In this document: in pieces, positions 11,224-20,571 of the stretch
How positions within the stretch are numbered: position 1 is the stretch's first letter
Layout of the letters: every line of letters starts with the position of its first letter
NCBI GenBank assembly: GCA_965261545.1
Contig: CBDHDF010000010.1
Coordinates: 32,001-96,000, forward strand
Source of the DNA: Bdellovibrionales bacterium
Lineage (GTDB): Bacteria; Bdellovibrionota; Bdellovibrionia; Bdellovibrionales; UBA1609
Length of the DNA: 64,000 bases
Direction: 5' to 3'
Notes under the pieces: model-generated
What the model was told of the DNA's origin: nothing
Database searches by the model: none
The model's input: only the letters and a program-made list of their open reading frames with translations
Position numbers and translations under genes: made by a program

Positions 11224-12739
11224 CTGGCACCTCCTTGGGGCTTTGGTTATTTGGATTTTCGTTATGTCGCAAATAAGGGTTGCCTTGTTTACGATCTATT
11301 TTCTCGTTCACCTTTTTTATTTTTTGCCCTTTATAGAAATGGAGTTGTTGCTGAAAATATCTAACCCTCCTTTTCTCCCACTGCTTGCAGTCCTCAAGGG
11401 CTTTGATAATGAGAGGAAGGGACTTTTCCTTGCCCTCTTTCTGGATTTCTTTGTGACAGGAGCTTACAAAGCCCATAGCTCTTCTGAGATTTTCAATGGT
11501 CCCACCCTGAAAAAGCTCCTCAATGAAGTTTTCAAGCTCTTTACAAATCATACTTGCTTGAATAAGAATGTTCTGGGGAGTGGCCTCCTTGTAGGCGCGA
11601 CTGGGCTCCGGGAGGTGTTCGTTTTTGGTGATGTACTCTCCGAGTTTACCTTTGGTCCTCTTGTGGCGAGCGAGGAGCTGTTTTTGAAAGTAAATCTCCA
11701 CACTCTCCACTCCAATTTTTACATCTACATACTCCCCTCGGTGCTGAAACGGAGCCGAGTAGAAGTTGGATTCAACGCTCACATGACAGTCTTGGTGGAG
11801 TTTTTTCTTCTCCCAACGTCCCCACCGGTAGGGAAAAGAAGGCAAGGGTTTTAAAGTTTTTACCTCTCGTTGAAATTTTTCATTGCGAGAGACCTTAAAT
11901 CTTGTGTGAGGGCGAGCATTTATCTTCTCGCACACCTCCCTTAAAGCCTTATTAATTTGATCCAGACTGGTGAAGGTCTCTCGTCTGTACATAAACCTGA
12001 GGGCCCTTGTAACGAGCTTCACGGCATTCTCAGTAAGGCTTTTATCCTGGGGACGACGAACTCGAGCGGGAACAGCCACCGTGTCATAGTGTTCCAAAAG
12101 CTCTTGGTAGGATTTATTCAACTCTGGATCATACAAATGGGGTGTGTTCACTCCAGTCTTTAAATTATCAGGAACAACCACTCTCGGAACCCCACCGTAA
12201 TATTCAAACATCAGAACGTGAGCGTGAAGAAAATCTTCACTAGATTCGCTCAAAGAGCCATAAGCAAAAATACGCTGAGAGAAACATAGATTTGAGCAAA
12301 ATATATGGGCCTTATGAATATTAAGGTCTTCATCGATCCACTCTGGCTGAAATCCTGCGTAATCAACCTCAACTTGGTGGCCTGGCTGAAAATCACGCAA
12401 GGTAATAATCCTTTTGCCAGCTTTTGGAAATTGCTTATGAAACTCCCTCGTAAACTGGGGGTAGCTAATGACCTTCAGAAATTTTTCCTCCCAAACGTCA
12501 CTTAAACAATGCCTATCCTCAATCTCCTTCTCAATAATCTTCCAATCTATACCGTAAGACCAAGGGGGAATTTCTCTTTGGGTCTTCCAATCCTTGGGGT
12601 CTGTTAAAAGACCACGTCTTATCTTTCTAAGAGTCTTGGTGCAGCATTTCATGCGGCGACTGATTTCTCGGTCGGGAATATTTGCCTTTATTAATGATTT
12701 TATTTTTGTGTAACGCTCATGATCCATCTTTGTTCTCAT
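11216..12739 (-). CDS. istA: IstA transposase
   Basis: VEVDY, PDNLKTGV, PQDKSLTE; start placed at ATG 12739 after an AGGAGG RBS. Confidence 0.92.
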   Translation of the reverse strand: MRTKMDHERYTKIKSLIKANIPDREISRRMKCCTKTLRKIRRGLLTDPKDWKTQREIPPWSYGIDWKIIEKEIEDRHCLSDVWEEKFLKVISYPQFTREFHKQFPKAGKRIITLRDFQPGHQVEVDYAGFQPEWIDEDLNIHKAHIFCSNLCFSQRIFAYGSLSESSEDFLHAHVLMFEYYGGVPRVVVPDNLKTGVNTPHLYDPELNKSYQELLEHYDTVAVPARVRRPQDKSLTENAVKLVTRALRFMYRRETFTSLDQINKALREVCEKINARPHTRFKVSRNEKFQREVKTLKPLPSFPYRWGRWEKKKLHQDCHVSVESNFYSAPFQHRGEYVDVKIGVESVEIYFQKQLLARHKRTKGKLGEYITKNEHLPEPSRAYKEATPQNILIQASMICKELENFIEELFQGGTIENLRRAMGFVSSCHKEIQKEGKEKSLPLIIKALEDCKQWEKRRVRYFQQQLHFYKGQKIKKVNEKIDRKQGNPYLRHNENPNNQSPKEVPDG

Positions 12740-12820
12740 TTCGACCTCCTTGGTTAAAGATTGGAGGTCTTTATAGAACATCAATGACGCTATGCTAAGG
12801 GGAATCAGTCATGCCAATCA

Positions 12821-13050
12821 GTGCGGGCAATGCCATGCAACTGGTGCGGGCAATGCCATGCAACTGGTGCGGGCAATGCCATGCAACTGGTGCGGGCAAT
12901 GCCATGCAACTGGTGCGGGCAATGCCATGCAACTGGTGCGGGCAATGCCATGCAACTGGTGAGGGTAATGCCATGCAACTGGTGAGGGTAATGCCATGCA
13001 ACTGGTGAGGGTAATGTCATGCAATCGGTGAGGGCAATGCCATGCAATTT
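12821..13050. repeat. Tandem array of 10 x 23-bp units at the left end of IS21-C
   Basis: Unit GTGCGGGCAATGCCATGCAACTG: six identical copies, then GTGAGGG(T/C)AATG variants; two related inverted copies at the other end (about 10345-10389). Confidence 0.95.
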
Positions 13051-13299
13051 TACACAGGCTTGCTCATTTTTTGTAGATGCAGCTTTAAGTGACATTAGGG
13101 TTCGTGGAGTTGAGAAAGTCATTTCAGCAAAAAGTCATCGAAAAGAGGAGCCAAGAGTCTGCCGTCAACCTAATGAAAATTTAAGAGGTTCAGAGCACTG
13201 GGAGAATACTTGGCACTGATCCATAGCCCCGGTGGGTGGTTCTCAACCACCTAACGGGTCATTTTGACCTCCATAAGAGAGGTCGTATAGGAGAAGAAA

Positions 13300-14028
13300 A
13301 TGATTAAACAAACAGAAAATTTATTAGAGATATTAAAAATGAGGGGAGTTTTAGCAACCTTGAGCCAGAGGCTCAAAGAAGCTGAGGAGCAGGATCTTGG
13401 TTACGAGGACTTTCTAAATGTCATCTTTGAGGACGAAAAAATCCATCGTGAAAATCAGAAGGTCTCAAGACTTATCAAAAGAGCAGCTTTGCAGCAAAAA
13501 GCAAGCCTTGAGGCCTTTGAAACCAAATCCAACCGAGGAGTCGATCGAAGAGTTTTGAGTGATCTAGCCCTTATGAGATTTGCTCAAAGAGGTCAAAATA
13601 TAATTATCTCTGGCCCAACGGGTGTTGGAAAGTCATATTTGGCTTGTGCCATAGGTAATCACGCCTGTCGCCAAGGTTTTTCCACTCAGTTCTTCAGAAT
13701 GAATACTCTTGTTGAAAAATTCAACTTAGAAAGAGCCCAGGGGACATATCTAAACTTCCTTAAAAGGCTAAAATCAGTCTCGATACTTGTGTTGGATGAT
13801 TTTGGTATCAAGCCCCTTACCTCTAACCAATATCAAGACCTTTACGATGTGATTGATGAACGAGGCCCTGACCTGAGCCTCATTCTTACAACCCAACTTC
13901 CAATAAAAAATTGGAGTGAAGTCATTGAGGATCCCATCGTTTGTGAAGCTATTATGGATCGCATAACCTCTCAAGCTATCAAAATAGCCATGTCTGGAAG
14001 CTCATTTAGGCAGAAAAAGACGATTTAA
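13300..14028 (+). CDS. istB: IstB ATPase of element B
   Basis: GPTGVGKS, LDDFG, TTQLP, IMDRI. Confidence 0.95.
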   Translation: MIKQTENLLEILKMRGVLATLSQRLKEAEEQDLGYEDFLNVIFEDEKIHRENQKVSRLIKRAALQQKASLEAFETKSNRGVDRRVLSDLALMRFAQRGQNIIISGPTGVGKSYLACAIGNHACRQGFSTQFFRMNTLVEKFNLERAQGTYLNFLKRLKSVSILVLDDFGIKPLTSNQYQDLYDVIDERGPDLSLILTTQLPIKNWSEVIEDPIVCEAIMDRITSQAIKIAMSGSSFRQKKTI

Positions 14029-14104
14029 GGAGAATCCATGCAAAGGCAGACCTTGGAAGACACCATCGGGAGACACTCCATCGGAACTATTGAATCATGT
14101 ACCC

Positions 14105-14202
14105 GCCAGTTATCCACAAAATTTACCCACGGCAGCGCTGCGTTGATAGACATCGGGGTCACAGACGCAGCGTCACCATGGATAAATTTGTGGATAACTG
14201 GC
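14105..14202. repeat. 98-bp DnaA-box palindrome (variant copy in IS21-B)
   Basis: 90/98 identical to 7012-7109 by manual alignment; TTATCCACA at 14110 and TGTGGATAA at 14189. Confidence 0.85.
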
Positions 14203-14714
14203 TCGCTATTCTCTGCCATTTTGAGCAATGGATTCAACATCCCCATTGAAAAACCCTCCATTGAAACCTCAGAAATGGGGAGGGTCGAGATTCTCAATGA
14301 CAAAGTGGCCAATTTTAGTTGGCATCTAACATTCTGGCAAATAAGCCTTAACCCACCGTTGGGACATCGTGACATTGAGGGTGTAAAAGTTACTGAGTCA
14401 GCAGAAAAAAGAAGGTTTAAATTGACAAAGTTTGAGCCACCGTGAAATTCAAAATTGGACCTCAAATTGACTGACTGAGGGGTGGGTCAAACTTCGTGAA
14501 ATTCAGTGGGTCAAACTCGTGAAATTCAGCAATTGGCGCCTAACAACCAGAACTTTTCCAACTCCTCTTGGAGCCACTACCTCTTGACCACGTGGAGCCC
14601 TGAGAGCCTGTAAGCCCCTTCTTAGACCCCGTAAAACCTAGAGCCTCCACAGTTCTTATAATTTGGGAAACTCAGGGCGAACATTCCGATAGCCCACAGG
14701 GGCTCCCGGAGGGG

Positions 14715-17266
14715 CAATGGCATTCGTTTAGTGAGAGATCCCATTCGGTTAAGGATTTGAACCTCTAACTCCTCGGGGGTGGGCTAACCCCAAGTTTTTT
14801 TTTGATCCATGTGATTATCCGTTGGCCATAGCCCCCCTAACCTCTTTACTGGGTCTCCATACTCCGATGGGTTTTCTAGAAACTCGGTCGTAATGCCTAT
14901 TCGGACGTAGCCTTTGTCGGCAGGTCTTCATATTTGTAATGATGCAATTGAGGGTTTTACTAAGCACTACCTTTTGTTGAAGAAAAAGACCTTCAATATT
15001 TCTTGCAATTGTCAGTAAATTGTTTTTAAAGTTTGTCTGCATGGTTTATTTTTTACTATGGGATTGAGATGTATTAAGACGGTCTTCCGTGTAGTTGGAA
15101 AATAATCTTGTCAGAGTGATAAGTGTGAAGTGTGCAAACAATTCTTGTTTGACTCCCCTTTCACTTTGAGAATGAAACTCTTCAATGGTCATCAGTTCTT
15201 TGGATATTTTGTACAGTTCCTCTATACTCCAGCGTCCATGATAGAGATTGGCCAGATCATCAATGGAATATTTTTTTTGATCCATTAAGGTTGTTCCTAG
15301 AACAAAAGTAGTTTGTCCAATTTTATATTTGACCAAACGCAAAGCGTAGGCTTTGAAGTCGTCTTGTGGCTTTTTTTTATGTAGTTCTTTCAGAATTTGC
15401 TTGCTAGGAATGACTTGGATCACTGAGTCTTTTTGATCATTATTAATAAATTCATCAAAAACAGTGTTGGCATTTCTCCTTATCCTAAACACCGCATGCA
15501 GACTTCGCACCTTATGCTCATGAAGCATTTCGTAGGAATAATAGCCACGATCATAAACCACAACATCGTTTTCAAACAATTTTTTGAAATGAGTTTGTGC
15601 AGCCTTTCTCTCATTGTTATGGGCAAAGAGATCAAAATCCACAGGAATCTTCGACTGTAGTTGGTACAGGCAACTGACAAGACCTTGAGGGTACCATGCT
15701 TTTTCCCATGGTTGCTGATACCCATTATCTACGAGTTGACGTGGTAAATTTATTTTCGATCCATCCACTGCGAAAACCTTATGGCCCTTCCATAAGGTAC
15801 TAGAATTGGATATACCGTCTTGTTTAAGAATTTCATCATGCAAAACTTTAAATATATTTTCATCTACTTTAGCCCGTGCACTACACATAGTGGATGCCCG
15901 AACTGGTTTAGGTTGAGGGAGTTCAATGTCTAATATGCGACACTGCTCCCAAAGTTCAATCAAAGTTGTATCATAACCTTGTTTTCCTTTAGAGAAAACA
16001 AGTCGGAAGATGAAAAGTATAATCAACAATGTATTCAAGACACGTTGACGCTTTTGCCAGGTTCGGTCGTACTCATCTGCAATGATAACCACTGTCTTGA
16101 TGATGTTTTGCCAAAGATGCACAAAAGAGTCCTCTAGCATAGGCTCAGCCAAGTTCTTATGTGGCTTGATGGTGGGTTTCCCGACGGGTTTCTTGATAGC
16201 GCATTGGGGGCCATTCAATAAGATAGACTGATAATTCTTTGTCAGAGGTTGAACATAAACACCTTTTTGAGTTTTTCCCTTTACATTTTTGTAGGCACGA
16301 CTCCCATTTGTTTTGCCCAAATAAAGCCAGTTGGCAGCACGATAGCTCGTGGCATTAAATTTGGTAAGGTCGACAAAAGTCTCCATGAGTACAGGTTTGA
16401 AAGCATGTTTTAACTCCCAGTCTGTGGGAAGTTGGCGAGTTGCCATAGATAAAGCCATCGAAGCAAGATGGCGAACCTTTACCCAGGGAAAGATCAAAAA
16501 TCGACTATTGTTCACCACTAAATTCAAGTGCTTTTTGTAAGCTCGATTTTGCCAACCGATCCATTCATCACGGCAAGGCAAAGTGGATGTGCCAGCTTCA
16601 AATAAAAGACAACCCAATCGTCGCCCACAATTATCTAGGATGAAATAGCGCAAATGGGGACCAAAGGGACGTCTGTAATTGAGATAATGATGCCGATCGA
16701 CAACTTCATTCCATTCCTTAATGGCCTCTTGATCAGTTACGATTTGCAAAGAAAGTGGGGTCAATGAGTCTAGTTTATCGTTGATGAGAGGCTTTTCATC
16801 TGTTCGGTGTGTCCAAGTGATTTTTTTGGAGGGGACACTCCGCTTTGACATGTCTTTTTCTGGCAGGGATAGAATGTCAAGTTCCTCTAGCGTCTCAAGC
16901 ATACGAAGGCACGATTGGATGCGATGATCACCTTTGGGAGTTAGCCAACCAAGATGCTCACAAACTGTATAACCCAGTTCACGGCGACTTAAAGAAGGAA
17001 ATAGCGCCACCGTCTTTTGAATGTCGGCAATTTGCTTGCGCGTCAAGCGTCTTCCAAAAAAAGTTGTTGAAGGCAATGTCTCTATGCGTGGGTCCATTTG
17101 AGTCTCTCCCCTTTGGGAATGGTTCAAATATAATGTGACACAACGATGGGGTGGACTCAAGTATTTTTTTTCGGAAAAAGAAAAAAGATAAAAGCCCCCT
17201 TAACTCAGTATGTTAGAGGGAGTCAGAAAAATGTGGAAAAACCTTCTGCAAAAACGAATGCCATTG
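14715..17266 (-). mobile_element. IS4-family element encoding a DUF4338-transposase fusion
   Basis: 15-bp IRs CAATGGCATTCGTTT (14715) and AAACGAATGCCATTG (17266); flanks differ, so no target duplication. Confidence 0.85.
14815..17097 (-). pseudogene. DUF4338 (DruA-like) domain fused to IS4 DDE transposase, with in-frame stop at 15046-15048
   Basis: N-half: HHYL, RDEWIGW, NNSRFLIFPW, ETFVD, SYRAANW. C-half: AVDGSK, YDRGY, YHGRWSIEELYK. ORF 14815..15042 continues in frame after KK*T. ATG 17097 follows an AGGGGAG RBS. Confidence 0.85.
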
Positions 17267-17774
17267 CCTCAGTAGGGCTTGAGTGAACACCAACGACCAG
17301 CTTTTCCTCAATAGCCCACTTGAAGACTACATTTACAGAGGATTTGATTTTTTTTAGTGAACCTTCCTTGCCTCCACTTTCTTTCGCCTGACTCAAGACA
17401 AGTCTTCCATCCCCCTTAGTGAGTTCGGAAGCCACGCAGTCAAGCCAAAGCTTTGTATAATGGAGCAGTCGGTTTACATGGTCCTTGATGTAATGGGGGT
17501 CTCTTTGTTTATCTCCGAGAAGTCCTTGCAAAGCATAGGTTTCCCAGCGATAAATGACATCCCTCCATTTCAGCCCTCGTCCTTCGATCTTATTGATCTC
17601 ATCTGAAACAGCTCTAATAAGCCTTTTCTCTTCTTTGCACGCATCCTTAAGAGTCTCTATATTAAATTTATTCTTTTGGACCCTTATAGAAGTATCTACC
17701 TTTCCTCGCCCTTGAACATAGACTCGGAAAAGCTGTTTTCCATTTTTTTCATAAGTTAAAATTGCCATTTTCAA
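17267..17774 (-). pseudogene. Truncated tyrosine integrase (N-terminal part)
   Basis: Nearly identical to the N-terminus of 20572..21762; cut at HSSPTE exactly at the IS4 IR. Confidence 0.9.
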
Positions 17775-17959
17775 CCTCCCATAAGTTGTGAGGTTTCAAT
17801 GAGCATCTCTAACTCTTCTCTTTTGAAATACAGCCTTCGCCTAAACTTTCTTGCTCTCAGAATTCTGCGATATACCAAAATCCTGATGGCATTGACATTT
17901 TTGCGAAGATAGCGTGCAGTTTCTTCAGTTGTTAACCAAGCTAAATTGTCAAAGAGCAT
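17771..17959 (-). CDS. Excisionase-like HTH protein (second copy, 5' region degraded)
   Basis: WLTTEETARYLRK...LYFKREEL; paralog of 21759..22067. Confidence 0.8.
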   Translation of the reverse strand: MLFDNLAWLTTEETARYLRKNVNAIRILVYRRILRARKFRRRLYFKREELEMLIETSQLMGG

Positions 17960-18536
17960 ATCAGAGTCGCAAGTTCGTTACTTATCTCGTGACTTATTTT
18001 TTAACTTACACTCTGATCCCTGCCATCTTCTTTCTGGCAGTTGCGTATAACCATATCAATCACTCCTTTGTTAGACAAGTTATAAGTTAAGAAAGATCGA
18101 AGTAATTGACTCCATGGAGCCAATTATACCCAAACTTGGTAGATGGCCATTCGATTACGTTCTAAATCCAAAACCTGCTTGCACATAACTGGGCTTTGTG
18201 ATTTTGGAATCCAACGTTAAGAACCCTTTTTTTCATATATTGAATTGGACAGGTTGTGGACTGCCCTCCGGGACAAGGTGTTGCTGATAAGTGGACTTCT
18301 CTTAAATATCGCTCTAAAGTGTTGGGTACTTATTTGCTCTAGTTGAAACTTTAAGTGGGGGGAAGGCAACACAATTCTAAACTACTGCTAAGGAATCCTC
18401 CGGACGCGTGTCTATTTTCTTTTTTCCATAGTGGTTCGATGATTTAGTCAGTTCTAGTCTACATATGCATATGCAGAATTTCCAGTAACTCATCTAGAGA
18501 CTCGGAGATACCCAGAGTCAATGCCATTCTATTTTT

Positions 18537-19427
18537 TTAGAAAAACTCTTTAAACGTGTTCTGATCTATTCTTTTTTTGCTAATGTCAGAATCAATCACT
18601 TCTACAAAAGAAGCCGAGTCTTCAAAGTTTTCTAAGAATAAAGCTAAGCACTTACAATCATGCTTATTTTGAGAATGAATTGATGAATATAATAGCCCCT
18701 CAATTCCACAAGACTTTACAATTTGTCCAAAAATTTGCGAAGGAGAAGGGTCATCATAAATACTTATGGAGTTTTTCCAATTAGTAGAATACAGAGCCCC
18801 TTTAAGCTCCTTCACTGCTTGTATTGTCTGAGGGTTAGGTTCTGATAGCCTACGAGCCTCCTTTGTAGTGTCAGCGTCAATCGTTATTTTTTTAATGACC
18901 TTTACAAAAGAAGTTAGATTGTTGGGTCCATCAATATCCAAGATATGGACCTTTCCTCTCACCTTAAAGAAAGTATCTGCCTTATTACTAGATAACATCA
19001 ACTCTATTGATGAAAGAGAGCATTTATTTTTTATTGGAGGATATACTTCCTTCATAGCTGTTGGCTTTGTTTCTGCCAAGTAAAGGGCTGGAAATGTAGC
19101 GAATTTACCAGTATTTGTCGTATCAATCTGCCCAACATTGAAGCGTCCTCCAATTGGATTTTTGTAACTCCCACTAGCATTTATAGGGTCCATGGAGTAC
19201 TTCGCTGTAGTTAACCTCCACCAGTTATTAAAAGAAAATACTTGTATCTTTGGCACAAGAGATGCTTTGATTTCTTTCTGAAGTACAGACCTCTTTTGAA
19301 TAAGTTCGGAACAAAACTTATACTTAAATGCAATCTTCTCTTGAATCTGTTTTGTTGACTCGGAAGATTGAATTAGGTTCATAACTTCTAGATCGAAACT
19401 ACTTATTGGTAGCGTTTTTCTTTTCAC
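18537..19427 (-). CDS. RES-domain toxin (putative NAD+-consuming enzyme)
   Basis: GGRFN, PALYLAE...TAMKE, SQIFGQ, GIEGLLYSS, LALF. Confidence 0.85.
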   Translation of the reverse strand: MKRKTLPISSFDLEVMNLIQSSESTKQIQEKIAFKYKFCSELIQKRSVLQKEIKASLVPKIQVFSFNNWWRLTTAKYSMDPINASGSYKNPIGGRFNVGQIDTTNTGKFATFPALYLAETKPTAMKEVYPPIKNKCSLSSIELMLSSNKADTFFKVRGKVHILDIDGPNNLTSFVKVIKKITIDADTTKEARRLSEPNPQTIQAVKELKGALYSTNWKNSISIYDDPSPSQIFGQIVKSCGIEGLLYSSIHSQNKHDCKCLALFLENFEDSASFVEVIDSDISKKRIDQNTFKEFF

Positions 19428-19828
19428 TAGGGTCGGTCACCTTGAGTCGCTGCAAAAACAATCTGAAGGAGCTTTTGCTGTCGCCCAATATAAATCATTT
19501 GTTGTGGGGTGATATTTTCTCCGATCATAGGGTTAGGTAGTTCAAACCAAAGTTTTGTTTTCTCAAAATTATAGTCAAAATGAATATAGACCAAGTGAAA
19601 AATGGTTACAGTATCGTGCAAAAACTCCTTTACCTCCCTTGGCATCTTACGGTCATACCGTACAGAGTTTTTACTTATACCAATGATTTGGCTTATCTTC
19701 TCTTTCCTATCTGCCACATCAAAAAAGCTTTTAGCAATTCGTTGGTAGTCCAGACTCCGGTATTGCTCATTCCAAAAGGGAGAAGACTCTGGGGGCAGGT
19801 TGCTAAAAATAGTTTGTGGATTAACCAT
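19427..19828 (-). CDS. Xre/MbcA/ParS-type antitoxin
   Basis: C-terminal KTKLWFELPNPMIGENITPQQMI; translationally coupled upstream of the RES gene. Confidence 0.82.
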   Translation of the reverse strand: MVNPQTIFSNLPPESSPFWNEQYRSLDYQRIAKSFFDVADRKEKISQIIGISKNSVRYDRKMPREVKEFLHDTVTIFHLVYIHFDYNFEKTKLWFELPNPMIGENITPQQMIYIGRQQKLLQIVFAATQGDRP

Positions 19829-20124
19829 GAATATCCTCTATCCTCCATAACCTATTATAAACCATATTTCGGACATTTTGAGGACATACTTTAGCCTATT
19901 TTAAGCATATTTCAAGTAAAATGTTTCAAAATGGGTCATAATTTAAGTCTATCGGAGTTTTGTCAACCCCCTTGCGCAATGAGCTAATCGCCAGTCCCTA
20001 GAATGTCCAGAAGCTCTTGGGGGTTTAGTTGTAGGTGAGGGCACAAACATCATTGACGCGGCATGACCGTCATTTCCCCTTGTACTTAACCATCAACAAA
20101 ATCGCTTGGTGATCATAGATCTCA

Positions 20125-20237
20125 ATAGAGTGGAACAGGGGAATTTCACCCCTGAGCCCTCAGATCCCCACAAGATACTCTCGCATCATGGGGCTCCTAT
20201 CTAAACCTACGGAGGAGCCACTCGCCAATGCATAAAT
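20125..20237 (-). ncRNA. Group II intron 3' remnant (maturase tail, domain V, domain VI)
   Basis: Minus strand reads LFMHW...stop, then GAGCCCCATGATGCGAGAGTATCTTGTGGGGATC (DV-like, AGC triad, GAGA loop) and AGGGGTGAAATTCCCCTG...ACTCTAT. Confidence 0.75.
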
Positions 20238-20519
20238 AGTTCCTGTCCAGGAATGGCTCTTTTTCGCCAATTTGCTTCTTCTACTCAAGCCTCAAGGGAT
20301 TTGAGAGATAAAATATTCAAAAAAAGGCCATGAGAGTGGAGTTCCTCAAGTGGAGTGTTTTTTAAGTTTATAGCCCCTCCCCTCTATTTTATCAAGGGCC
20401 AGATGCCAGTAATTTATACACCCTTTGGTGCACTTTCTTCTCCATTATCCTTCACCTTTTCATGGCTTTTATAGTGGTGATGACTCCTAAAAGTGGCCAA
20501 TTCTAATTGGCACCTAACA
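20238..20519. mobile_element. Orphan IS ends: ISNCY-type end (20238) and IS21-type end (about 20488-20519)
   Basis: AGTTCCTGTCCAGG matches the start of the window; GGCCAATTCTAATTGGCACCTAACA resembles the IS21-A right end. Confidence 0.65.
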
Positions 20520-20571
20520 TCAGGCCATGGGGTCCTCCAGCAGAGCTGGAGGGTTATCTTTTATAATTATT

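Larger units (their letters stand above)
10341..13054 (-). mobile_element. IS21-family element C (complete)
   Basis: Ends TGTACAATTGC / GCAATTTTACA; 6-bp duplication CAGGCT at 10335-10340 and 13055-13060. Confidence 0.92.
7552..13219 (+). pseudogene. istA: IstA of element B in three pieces (7552-8634, 10062-10340, 13061-13219)
   Basis: HTH N-terminus, PGERSEFDY, FDNAK, PKDKSLIE; frame continues across both insertions (QQCLE|VYSE and EQA|CSFFVDA). Confidence 0.85.
7406..14531 (+). mobile_element. IS21-family element B, carrying two nested IS
   Basis: TG...CA ends with repeated TTTCAC..GTTTGACCCAC motifs at both ends; 5-bp duplication ATTGG at 7401-7405 and 14532-14536. Confidence 0.88.
4903..14545 (+). 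mobile_element. IS21-family element A, disrupted copy (own sequence 4903-7405 and 14532-14545)
   Basis: Near-identical to about 58716-61224. Its right IR AATTGG|CGCCTAACA is split by the element at 7406-14531. Confidence 0.88.

Noticed and set aside
11195..11854. 219-aa plus-strand ORF and similar antisense ORFs over tra and IS genes
   Set aside because: Shadow frames opposite well-supported genes.
12821..13050. Possible CRISPR array
   Set aside because: Units are directly adjacent with no unique spacers, no cas genes are present, and the unit matches the IS21 end motif.
12795..13122. Repetitive ORFs (SCMALPAPVAWHCPHQLHG and similar)
   Set aside because: Translation artefacts of the 23-bp repeat, open in several frames on both strands.
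14025..14465. ORFs 14038..14445 (+), 14025..14465 (-) and 6860..7150 (+)
   Set aside because: They cross the palindrome in different contexts and have no recognisable domain; treated as probably non-coding, though 14038 has an RBS-like AAGGAG and cannot be fully excluded.
15046..17160. Complete Druantia defence system
   Set aside because: Only a DruA-like domain fused to a transposase; no DruE helicase or other dru genes.
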